Source: Octopus bimaculoides | Lineage: Eukaryota | Assembly: GCF_001194135.2 (NCBI RefSeq) | Contig: NC_068983.1 | Coordinates: forward strand, 160,653,678 to 160,691,821 | Direction of reading: 5' to 3' | DNA: 38,144 nucleotides | Shown: positions 10,215-20,929 of the stretch, piece by piece | Layout: each line of letters begins with the position of its first letter | Numbering within the stretch: position 1 is the stretch's first letter | Notes under the pieces: generated by a model | Seen by the model: the letters and a program-made list of their open reading frames with translations, nothing else | Database searches by the model: none | Told to the model about the DNA's origin: nothing | Made by a program: the position numbers and the translations under genes

Positions 10215-10738
10215 TACATTATTTACATTTGACGGATATTTGTCCTCATCTTGTTTGTTGTTAACACAACGTTTCAGCTGATATACCCTCCAGCTTTCAT
10301 CAGGAGTCTTGAGGAAATTTCGAACCTGGATTCTCATTCCTAAGATATTTTTCGATGTTATTATCATTATTATTATTATTATTATTCAGGTCACTGCCTG
10401 GAATCGAACTCGGAATCTTGGGGTTAGTAGCCCATGCTCTTAGCCACTATGCCATATGCTTGTTGGAAATTATGGAGTGAATTTTAGGGCTTATAAATCT
10501 AATATTCTCCTGTCCTTCCTTAATACCGGTTCCCATATGCTATTCATATCTGCACTCGATCTGCTTAGGTGTACAGATATGAGTAGCATATGAGAACCAG
10601 TATTAAGGAAGGATAGGAAAATATTAGTGGTTAAGAGTGCAGGCTACTAAACCCAAGATTCCGAGTTCGATTCCAGGCAGTGACCTGAATAATGATAATA
10701 ATAATGATAACATAAAAAAATACCTTATGAAATTAGAA
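10215..10738. mobile_element. Fold-back (palindromic) element with tRNA-like heads, (ATT)n/(AAT)n arms and a hammerhead motif; probably Penelope-like-derived and non-autonomous
   Basis: Inner inverted repeat 10501-10555 vs 10571-10625 with a 15-nt loop. Outer inverted repeat ~10340-10448 vs 10626-~10731. tRNA A/B boxes in the arms. Hammerhead core at 10263-10308 (-). The PLE assignment is inference. Confidence 0.75.
10263..10308 (-). ncRNA. Minimal type-I hammerhead ribozyme motif with palindromic stem III (dimer type)
   Basis: Minus strand GACUC CUGAUGA A AGCUG gagggtatat CAGCU GAAA CG UU GUGUU. Core CUGAUGA (10303-10297), 5-bp stem II, GAAA (10275-10272), palindrome AACGUU, stem I with one U-U mismatch. 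Predicted cut between 10268 and 10267. Confidence 0.7.
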
Positions 10739-10782
10739 ATGAACAAACTTTTAATCAATACTGCTGAGATTAGTGTTATCAT

Positions 10783-12018
10783 TTCCTAGCCAATGATAAA
10801 CTTCTGTACTTGGCTTTTGTTGACATGGAGAAAGACTTTAACAGGGTCTCCTGATCCCTTATCTAGTTGGCAATGTGGAAACTAGGGATAGATGAGTGGT
10901 TGATGTGAGCTGTATGAGCCATGTACAGAGATGCTGTCAATAAGGCAAGGGTTGACGAGTATAGCGAAGAATTCTACGTAGAGGTAAGGGTTCACCAAGG
11001 ATCAGTCCTCAGCCCCTTCTTGTTCATCATAGTCCTCCAAGTAATAACAGAGGAATTCAAGACAGAATGCCCCTGGGAGCTCCTTTATGCTTTAATAGCA
11101 GATTCACTACCAGGACTAGAGAAGAAGTTTCAGGTGCAGAAGCAAGGTCTAGAATCAAAGGGCCTTAGAGTTAACCTTGCAAAAACCAAAGTCTTAGTAA
11201 GTAGGAAGGCAGATAAATCACAAATCTCTGCAGGTAGATGGCCCTTCTTGATCTGTAGGAAAGGCATAGGTAGAAACTCCATAAGATGTACCTGGTGTAA
11301 ACTATGGACACATGAGAAGTGCAGCAATATCAAAAGAAGGTTAACTGGAGAGATAGTTTTTATGTGTGGTAGATGCACAGGAACAATAAACACCAAAGAT
11401 GTACAGAAAACAGATTCCATCATATGCCAGAGGTAAAAACGAGAAGTAGTTGATAGCTTCCATTACCTAGGTGACCAAGTCAGTAGCAGGGGTGGATACT
11501 CTGAGAGTGTAGCTGCTAGAATAAGGATAGCATTGGCAAAGTTCAGAGAGCTCCTACCTCTGCTGGTAACAAAGGGCCTCTCACTCAGAGTGAAAGGTAT
11601 GATGTCTGTATGTGAACAACCATGCTACACAGCAGTGAAACATGCACTGTAGCTGCTGAAGACATGCATAAGCTTGCAAGAAATGAAGCTATTATGCTCC
11701 ACTAAATGTGTAATGTCAGTATGCATACATGACAGAGTATAAGTGCCCTGAGAGAAAAGTTGGGCATAAGAAGCATCAGATGCGGTGTGCAAGAAAGACA
11801 ATTGCACTGGTATGGTCATGTGTTGTGTATGGATGAGGACAGTTGTGTGAAGAAGTGTCACACTCTAACAGTGGAGGGAAGCTATGGAAGAGGTAGACCC
11901 AGGAAGACATGAGGTGGTGAAGCACAACCTTCAAACATTGGACCTCACAGAGGCAATGACAAGTGACCGAGACCATTGGAGATATGCCATGCATCAGAAG
12001 GCCCAGCAAACCAAGTGA
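10783..12018 (+). pseudogene. RTE reverse transcriptase remnant with an internal Cys/His finger
   Basis: LYLAFVDMEKDF...VHQGSVLSPFLF...ELLYA (the DD of YADD is deleted)...KTKVL...[finger]...DSFHYLG...LHWYGHV...GRGRPRKT...QQTK*. Multiple stops and frameshifts. ORF 10921-11436 is part of it. Confidence 0.93.
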
Positions 12019-12322
12019 GATCATAGTCATGGCTGATGCCAGTGTTGCATAACTGGCCCATTTAAAAGCACCCTTCAATCGTTGGGCAATATGCTATGCA
12101 TGTGAAGACCTGTTGAACCAAGTGAAATCATAGTCGTGGCTGATGCCTGTGTCACCTGACTAGCACCTGTGCTGATGGCACATAAAAGCACCATTCGAGT
12201 GAGACTGATGCCAGTGCTGCATGACTGGATCCCATGCTGGTGGCCTGTAAAAGCACCGACTACACTCTCGGAGTGGTTAGTGTTAAGAAGGACATCCTGA
12301 TGTAGAAACCTTGCCAAATCCG
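10783..12322 (+). mobile_element. RTE-clade LINE, 5'-truncated and lacking the terminal tail
   Basis: RT remnant followed by a 3' UTR (12019-12322) shared with the short copies at 2717, 4341 and 28339. Confidence 0.93.
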
Positions 12323-14129
12323 ATAGTAAGTATGCTGAAGTATAAGCAGAAAAAATAAAATTTACAAAATATGTGTTAGCTACTTAGATAAGTCTAAGAA
12401 TGCTTCAGAGCCTTAAAGCGTTACTTGTGAGAATAAACTCAAGTGGTATCACAATGAAAGAAAAAGATTATGTGATGAAATATCTCATGATGAAAGTAGA
12501 TAGTAGTCAAGAGGAAAAGTAAAGGGAGGAAAGCAAGGGAAAGAATCATTCAAAACTGTGGTATGATTGGTGAGCAAGATTAGTGATAGCAAGAAAGATA
12601 TTCCAGACATTTACATTCCATACAAACACAATTATCAAGATGTAATCATGTATGTGAAACCCCTAAAACTATAGGTTTGCTTTGGGCTTTTCATTTTTTC
12701 TTTTTAAACTAGAGCAAAGCCTTCCAAACAAATAAGGAAAACTCAAAATAGGACATTCCTCAAAGAAACATTCTCTAATTTCAATCTATTATTCTATATA
12801 ATATGAGATAATTGCTACACTTGATATAATTAGATCTTTCTTTCATTGTTGGAATATTTAATATCAATGTAGAATTAGTTCCAATCAGATCTATAATAGT
12901 CTTTGTCTTTATTCTTCCTCTCTTTTCAGCAGTGCACCAACATGTAAATCATTACTTACTGTAAATGATTGCCAAACCAATTTACTCCCACAGTCATGAA
13001 GAAGAAGCTACTTCTCTCATTGCTTCAAATATGTTTACCTCAATGGCATCCATAAAAACCTTTATCAATTTAACAGCAACACCAGTTGTTTTCATTACCA
13101 CTGGTTCAGAGACAAATATGTCTAGTGGTGACCTGCGTGTCTACCATTTACCTTTCTCAGTTCTCATCACAGTATTTGATGAATGGATTGCATTTTCTGA
13201 ATTGTGATTGTTAGTAAAAGCACCAGTGTGACAGTGGCATCTGCATATCAAATTCAAATTGCTCTGAGAAAAATAATAATACAGTTCTTTTATCCTGTTT
13301 ACAATTGATATCCTGCCTTATTTCACTATTCTTCAATTTAAAAAAAAAATTTTCATTGCTTTATAGGTTGCAATTATGTAAATTTGAGATTTCATGGGTA
13401 TTGGCACCATAAAATCTAAAACTAGAATTGTATTCTTTAAGTACATATACAAACATATATACATCTGTGTGTGTGCGTGTGTATGTGTGCGTGTGTGTTC
13501 ATTTCTATTTATAGTCAACTCAGTTTTAATATTCAATACAGTTTTGTTCTATCTCAATACCACATGCCATGCATGATTGATTATCTTTTGGGATTTAATC
13601 TACTTTTCCTGAATACAAGTTAGAAGTATTAATAGGGGAATATTTCCACCAGTCCTAGATTAATATATTCAATGCTAGTTCACTGGATAGAGCAGAATAT
13701 TCCAGAATTATTCACTTCAAATTGATATATAACAGCGATAATTCTTGAAGTTAAACTTATCTTGCGTTTAACATTATTGACTAGGAAAGAAATTTGCAAC
13801 ATATAATTGTTGTTGCTGTTGTTATTGTTGTTATTGTTTCTGTTGTGTATGCTAGTCAGCTCTATGGCAGAGAGCTAACCAATGAAATATCTAGAAACAA
13901 ACATCAATTCAGTGCAATGTTACAGGCAAATAGCAGTTACCTAGCATATTGTTTGCAGATAAGCTTGATTGGCATTTTAACCACAAATAACTTCGATAAA
14001 AGATGGGGTATCAGGATAACCAGCTCAGGGGTCAAAACTGCATATTCCCTCTCACTCCTAAATTTTGTCTGAATTTCCAAAATGATGAATTATCATTATT
14101 ATACACCAATATATTTAGACTAGTATCTT

Positions 14130-14209
14130 TATCTTGATGGTTATGACCACAACAATTTGACCCTTATATCTTGATGGTTATGACCACAACAATTTGACCC
14201 TTATATCTT
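14130..14209. repeat. Perfect 37-bp tandem duplication
   Basis: tatcttgatggttatgaccacaacaatttgaccctta at 14130-14166 and 14167-14203, followed by tatctt. Confidence 0.97.
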
Positions 14210-14356
14210 TTGGCCTTCTACAGGTGCTATGTCATATTGGGCAATACTCTTAGAAATTTAAACCTAACCTTTAATTAAATCCATTGGGGCAGATTGTTAT
14301 CATTCTATTATCCCTACCAGGGGCATTCCCTTATTATTTATTTTCCTATATAAGTT

Positions 14357-14550
14357 AGTAAGCAGGCAGAATTGTTAATGTGCCAGACAAAATGCTCAGT
14401 GGAATTTCTTTGGCTCTTAATGTTCTGAACTCAACTTCTGTTGAGGTTAGCTTTGACTTATCCTTTCAAGGGTCAGTATAATTGGGTTGATATAATACTA
14501 TACCCTACCTCTAAAATTGTTTGCCTTGTGTCAAAGTTCGAAGTCATTTA
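14357..14550 (+). mobile_element. Diverged family C SINE
   Basis: ggcagaattgttaatgtgccagacaaaatgctcagtggaatt...ttgtttgccttgtgtcaaagttcgaa is collinear with 20301-20520. Confidence 0.6.
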
Positions 14551-14643
14551 TTTTCCTACTTCTGACACAATTTTCTCATTCTATTTGAACCAAAACATCT
14601 AAAGACTAACCGTTTGAGAGATTGAACTCATACCCACCTAGAA

Positions 14644-14716
14644 GACACATGAAGATGGATAGAGAATACAATAGCTGAAACATTGTGATTGCCATTATCA
14701 AGATGACGAAACTCGT
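14644..14716 (+). ncRNA. Degenerate hammerhead remnant (probably inactive), homologous to 10263-10308
   Basis: gacac ATGAAGA t ggatagagaatacaatagct GAAA catt gtgat...caagatgacgaaactcgtc. The core C3 is changed to A and the palindrome reads AACATT. The downstream caagatga...cgtc block is shared with the first copy. Confidence 0.5.
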
Positions 14717-16959
14717 CTGACTATATTACTATTAATAAACCTTTGCCTCTGCAGCAGTAGCAGCATTGGGGAATTGCCGAATGATTTATCTTCCAGTGAC
14801 GAGTTCATTTCTTCCTGCAGGGAAACCTATCTGTGACTAATAACAGTTCCAAGAGAAGACATGTTTCCCATCTGTTTAACACATCAGAAACTGGAGATTA
14901 CCATCAATTTTGTGATTATTTGAGATTTGAAAAATAACTAGTTAATTAGAAGCTTTGAACTGGTGGAGAGATTTAATAGAAACTCACTGGTTTATATTAT
15001 CTTGATAACATTGTATTGTTATGAAATATTATGGAATGTCTCTTAATGGTTTTGTCTTGTAAATAGAAACTTCAACGACATTTTTAATTGGTTCATAAAA
15101 GAATAGTAGGTTAATAGGATAGGAATTTTTCAAATGTTTCTGGACAATTTAAAGGATATAAATTTTCTAAATGGACATTGAAGGATAATTAATATAATTT
15201 ATCTTTGATTTTGATTTAAAATTTGATGTAAATTTTGTTTATCATTAGTGAATACAACTACCTCTTTTGAGAATATATTTCTAATGAAATACATTGTCTT
15301 TGTGCTTCAGTAATTTTTCAGAAAAATCAAGGAATTTGTGGTGACTTAGTAAAAAAACCAATTTGTTTACTATTAAGCAGGTATTTAGAATATAACAAAA
15401 CATTTTTATATGAAAATATAATAGAAGTTTTCCATGTAAATATGTTCACTGACTGTCCAGGGCAAGACACTGGAATGTATCCAGTGATGAAACTCAAGCT
15501 CAGGAGTTCAGGAGCTTGTAGGAGACTGGAATTATCTGTTAGTCACCACTAATTCCAGGTCTGCTCTGGCTTAGATTAATAAAACTTGTCAAGGACCTTC
15601 TTATGGATCAAACAGTGGAAAATGAGCTTGTGGCCAAAGCATACAGGACTCAGAGGAGAGCAGGCCTATAGGCAGGCTCACCAATGTGTGGACATGTCCT
15701 GATGTCATGTGAACCATTTCCAAGCCTAAGGGTTAAACAGGATAAGTTTGAGGCCAACAGAGTAAATTGTAAATAAAATGGCTCAAGACAACAGAAAAAA
15801 ACAATTGCTTCCTGCTAAGAAAAGTTATGAATCCTCAGACGTTGGCATGGAAGTCTATGAACACTAATGACAGTACATATGGCCCCAGTGAGAGAGAGAG
15901 AGAGGTGGAGAGAGATATCACACTGAAAAATTATTGATCTTGTGTTGCAAAACCAGAGATAGTCACAGACGAATTGGTACCAAAAGAAATATTGTAAAAA
16001 ATAGTCTCCAATACTGCAATAATAAATACAAAAAGAGGAGATGATTTCATTAAATAACTATTGTATAGCAACTTTATTGTTTAGCAACTTAAAATAGTGA
16101 ATTAGCTGAGTTGTTTGAGTGTCAGAATACCTTGCAATATTTGTTCTGCCTCTCCACTCTAATGCAATTCTGTATTTGTGAGATGAGGAATTTTTTTCTT
16201 TATCATGCACTAGTTGGAATGGTGTCCTCATCTTGGTTGTTGCTTTTCACTGCATTTCAGCTGTACACACTCCAGCCTTCTTCAGGTGTCTTGTGATTCA
16301 CCTTACTACCTTGCCTGGGATTGAACCCAGAACCTCCATGTGACTGCAATGCATTAACTAGCACCTTTATCCACTATGCTATGCCTGTAGGCAGTATAAG
16401 TTCAAATCCCGTTGGGATCAGCTTTGCCTTTTATCCTTTCAAAGTTGATGAAAAAAGTATCAAATCTAGGCTGTATATTGTTGGAACAGTAAAAATGTCG
16501 AACTAGATGCAATATTTGTTCTAACTCCTTGCATTTTGAGTTCAAATCCTGCCATGGTCTACCTGGATGGTAGACTTAATCTGTTACCTGGTTTAACACC
16601 ACTGCCTGGAACTTTAGGCGCCCTTAAAGAAGTCCACTTTGTTGCAAGCATTCACCTGCATCTGCAGCTTGAAGATAACTTCCCCCACTCCCGACCACCA
16701 GCCTGAGAGACACAGTCTTTGCTCATGAAAAATTTAATAAACACAAACGTCCCAATCCATGCCTCCTTCCATTCATTTAGCACTCATATGAAGTTTTGGA
16801 GTCATTGTTTGTGCCTTGATTAAGAATTATCATTAAAACATGACTTTTCCTTCATATTTTGAGTGTAGTTTAAATTAATTTTATTTTGTTTGGCTCCCAA
16901 CATAAAGTATGACAGCCATAACTTAAGTATATTTAAAACTTAGTTAAGAGTCTAATTAA

Positions 16960-17640
16960 AGAGACATCTATTCATTTCAAAGTAGCACCAAACTCTAATC
17001 ACCTTCAAAGTAAGATCCTCTAACTTCAATGCTCCAGTCACTTTGTGAAGGCCTAGTGGAAGTCCTCTAAAGTAAAGGTATCCAGGATACTTGTTACAGC
17101 AGCCTTCATCTTCTTCAGCTTGGGGAACAACCAAAATTCACTCAGGGAGCAAGGTCTGGACTGTGGGGAGGGGAAGGGACCGTTTTGATGCCCATCACTG
17201 TCAAGTAGTTGGTTACTAGGATAGAATTTTGGATTGGTACATTGTCCTAGTGCAGGTACTCTGTCCTTTTCTAATGGAATATCTTCCTGAACTCCCTCAA
17301 AACCTCAATAAAGTACTCATTGTTGACCATCTGGCCAGAGAGAACCCAGATGATATTGATGGTGCCTTTACTGTTGGAAAAGAGGATCATCATGAGCTTC
17401 CTGGTGAACTTGATTTGTCTGGCCACTTGTGTCAGTAAAAAACAGATGTTTGGCTCATACAAGTTTATCCAAAAGCAGTCTTTTAGCAGTTCATATGTTT
17501 CTGTGGAGTTTTCGCCCAGTTTAACATAAAATTTTATTGCATGGTGAGCTTCCAAATTGTCTTCAGGTACCATTTGCACTCTGCAATGAGTCAAGCAGTG
17601 TTTAATAGATTATGCTCAAAGTGCTTTTACAGCCATATCC
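16960..17640 (-). mobile_element. Internally deleted mariner (DD34D-type) transposase remnant
   Basis: Minus strand: AIKFYVKLGENSTETYELL / KLMMILFSNSKGTINIIWVLSGQMVNNEYFIEVLREF / LH*DNVPI...PPHSPDLAP / EFWLFPKLKK / ...GSYFEGD* (TAG at 16997-16995). TIRs not identified, so boundaries are approximate. Confidence 0.85.
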
Positions 17641-18020
17641 TTCAATCTGAAATAACAAGAGTTGGCAAGTCAGCTTATTAGATTAGTAAAAATGATATAC
17701 TAAAATTACGATAATCTATAACTGCTTCTCCTACAAAAGTCTCAAAGCTACCAAGATATGCATCATATATGTTCCCTACCACACACATACATATATATGC
17801 ATGCAGATGTTATTTTTTTGTGACATTATATATCAAAACAATTTAACATTAGAATGAAAGATAACTTAATACTTTCTACTAGAGCACATATTTAGTAATT
17901 TTCACCAGGAAAAGGTTGACAATGACTTTGAAGTTTTGGCTTGTTTAGTGCCATCAGACTGATTCATGACAAGCAAGCCAAAACTTCGAAGTCACTATAA
18001 GACTTCTTTTGCAGAAGTCA

Positions 18021-18023
<3 letters not shown>

Positions 18024-18071
<48 letters not shown>

Positions 18072-18859
18072 CATACATACATAGATATACATATATATAT
18101 ATATACGTGTACACACATGCAAATATATGTGTACACACACATACATTTACATATATATATATACACACACACATACACACATTCACACGCATGTATGCAT
18201 GTACACATACACATGCATAAAATTGTTTTGTTTTTGCTTTTTTTCAATGCAATCACATTCCATATTTAACAGAAGATAATATTGGTCCTGGCCTGCCAAC
18301 CAGCTATATTAATGTCTCCAGCAAGTCACTCACTGGAGAAACTGAACAAGATACTTGAAACATATGTAATTGATTTTCCTAGATGTACATTAGAAATGTT
18401 CTGCAGATAAAAGATATAAAAAAAAAATATGAAACCTTTTGAGTTTGAAAATGCTAAGGTAAAAGAAAATAAGTTTTGCAAAAGATTTAAAATAGAAAAC
18501 CAAAATTATGAAATAGTGGAAACAAAAACAAAAAAAAAAGCAAAAACAAAACAAATGAAGAACTAAAAATATATTTGAGAGATTTATTTTTTAATCCTTA
18601 TCAGAATTCTATAGCTTATATTTTTAAATCATTGCAAGACATGAAAAGAAGATGAAATAAGATGAGGAAAATGTACTGTTTTCCTCTCTCCATCTCTCTC
18701 CAAGTGTGTGTGTGTATGCGTGTGTGTGTGTATGCGTGTGCGTGTGTATGCATGTGTGTGTGTATGCGTGTGTGTGTGTATGTGTGTGTGTGTATGCGTG
18801 TGTGTGTGTATGCGTGTGTGTGTATGCGTGTGTGTGTGTGTATGTGTGTGTGTGTGTGT

Positions 18860-18899
<40 letters not shown>

Positions 18900-19376
18900 A
18901 AATATATATCAATATATATATATGTATATGAAATATACAAATACACACACTCATAAATATATATATATACATATACACATATAAATGTTCATATTTGCAT
19001 TTATGTATGTGTGTGTGTGTGTGTTTATGCATATGCATGTGTGTGAGTGTGCAAATGCATGTGGTAACTAGAAACACACAAACCTCATAAGGGACATTTT
19101 AATTCGGCTAATCAAATGCAAAGATATGCATACATGCACATACATGTTTGTGTGTATATGTGTGTTTGTATGTGTGTATGTATGTATGTATGTATGTATG
19201 TATATGTGCATGTATGCATATATGTATGTATCATTGCTTGCATGTATGTATGCGTATGTGCAAGTGTATAAAAAAACACATACACATTGCATAAATATAT
19301 ATCTATATATACATATACAAACATATGTATTATATGAATATATATATATATATCATATATAAATATATCATCTATA

Positions 19377-19435
<59 letters not shown>

Positions 19436-19536
19436 TATTTATAATCATATGTATTTTACATATTTAGTAATATATGTATATACATTGGACATATATATTT
19501 ATTCATATATATGTTTGTGTATGTATATGTATACAT

Positions 19537-19575
<39 letters not shown>
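18024..19575. repeat. Dense compound (TA)n/(CA)n/(TG)n/(TATG)n microsatellite fields
   Basis: Tracts at ~18024-18215, 18700-19045 and 19120-19575. They are the source of many spurious YI/CV/HT ORFs. Confidence 0.95.
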
Positions 19576-19576
<1 letters not shown>

Positions 19577-19829
19577 TGTGATATCTTTGACTTGGAGGGA
19601 TAGTAGAAAGTGAGTGAGAGGAATAAGAGTGGTGGTATTGTATCCCAATGAAGTTAGGAAAGGAAAATTTATCCTCAAGAGACACATGAAAGGATTATTT
19701 ACTCTCAAAGCATGTGCTGTGTGTACAGAACAGGAGACATACTGTATACAATATAATTATAATGATTATAAGTAGAAGAAGTGGGTTATTGTTGTTTAAT
19801 TATTATTAAGGTAATTATCATTAAATTTG

Positions 19830-20925
19830 TGTTAAGGTAGCAAGCTGGCAAAATCGTTACAGTGCTGGAAAAAGTGTTCAATGACGTTTCTTTTGACTTT
19901 ATGTTCTAGGTTCAAATGCTGCTGGAGTCAACTTTGCCTTTCATATTGTTGGGAGTAATAAAATAAGTATCAGTTGACCACTGGAGTTGAAGTAGTTGAC
20001 CTAGCGCCTCTCTTGACCTTGCTGACCAGGTGTCAAAATTTGAAATCAATATTTTAAGATGACAAGACAGTAGAATTGTTAGCATGCTGAGCAAAGTGCT
20101 TAGCAGCATTTTGGTTGTCTTTTCATTCAGAGTTCAAATTCTGCCAAGGGGGTGATAAAATAAGTACCTGTTGAACTCTGGGGTTGATTTGATTAACTTA
20201 GCCTCTACCCCAAAACTGCTGGCCTTATGCCAAAATTTTAGATCATTATTATAAGATTGTGGATTAGCAAGAATAATGAGCGCATCAGAATAAGAGCCCT
20301 GTAAGGTGGTGAGCTGGCAAAAACGTTAGCATACCAGGCAAAATGCTTAGCGGTATTTCTTCTGTCTTTACGTCTAAGTTCAAATTCCACCTAGGTCGAC
20401 TTTGCCTTTAATCCTTTTGGGGTCGATAAATTAAGTACCAGTTGCGTACTGGGGTCGATCTAATTGACTAACCTCCACTCCCCAAAAATTTTGGACCTTG
20501 TGCCTTGAATATAAAACAATAAATGCCCTGCAGTAATTGCTCCAGCTCTTTACATTCTGATTTCAAATACTACTGAGTCAAAATTTTCCATTCTTCCTGC
20601 CAGGGTCAATAAAATAAAGTACCATTTAAGTGTTCAGTTCAATATAATTGACTAATCCAACAACACCATAAAATTGCAGGCCTCGTGCTTAAATTGGAAA
20701 CAACTTTATGCTCCCATTACTTAGTGGCAGGGCAAAAAGAGAACGATAGAATAAGTACCAGGTTTTAAAACAAAAGAAGTACTAGAGTCAGCTCATCCAA
20801 CAGAAAATTCTTGAAGGCTGTACTCCAGCATAACTACAGTCTAATGACTGAAACAAACAAAAGATAAAAGACTAACCCCACACCCCCATAAGATTGCTGG
20901 CCTTGTGTCTAATTTGGAAACAATT
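19830..20925 (+). mobile_element. Head-to-tail cluster of family C SINE copies plus a family A tail fragment
   Basis: Blocks gctggcaaaa-cgtta / ttcaaat / ctttgcctttcat / aataagta / ggccttgtgcc recur at ~19835, ~20065, ~20301, ~20530 and ~20880. The best-preserved copy is 20301-20520. Family A tail at ~20740-20872. Confidence 0.7.
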
Positions 20926-20929
20926 ACTA

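Noticed and set aside
10384-10690. tRNA genes (apparent anticodon loop CTACTAA) in the two arms; likewise 8764-8835 and 22277-22345
   Set aside because: Acceptor and T stems pair poorly and the heads run into repeat bodies. They are SINE-type tRNA-derived heads.
10921-11436. 171-aa ORF as a functional gene
   Set aside because: Fragment of a dead RTE RT; the catalytic DD is deleted and stops flank it.
12930-13266. ORF 12965-13207 (+) and antiparallel minus-strand frames with splice-like signals
   Set aside because: Both strands give plausible but conflicting readings with in-frame stops at the boundaries. Cannot be resolved without RNA-seq.
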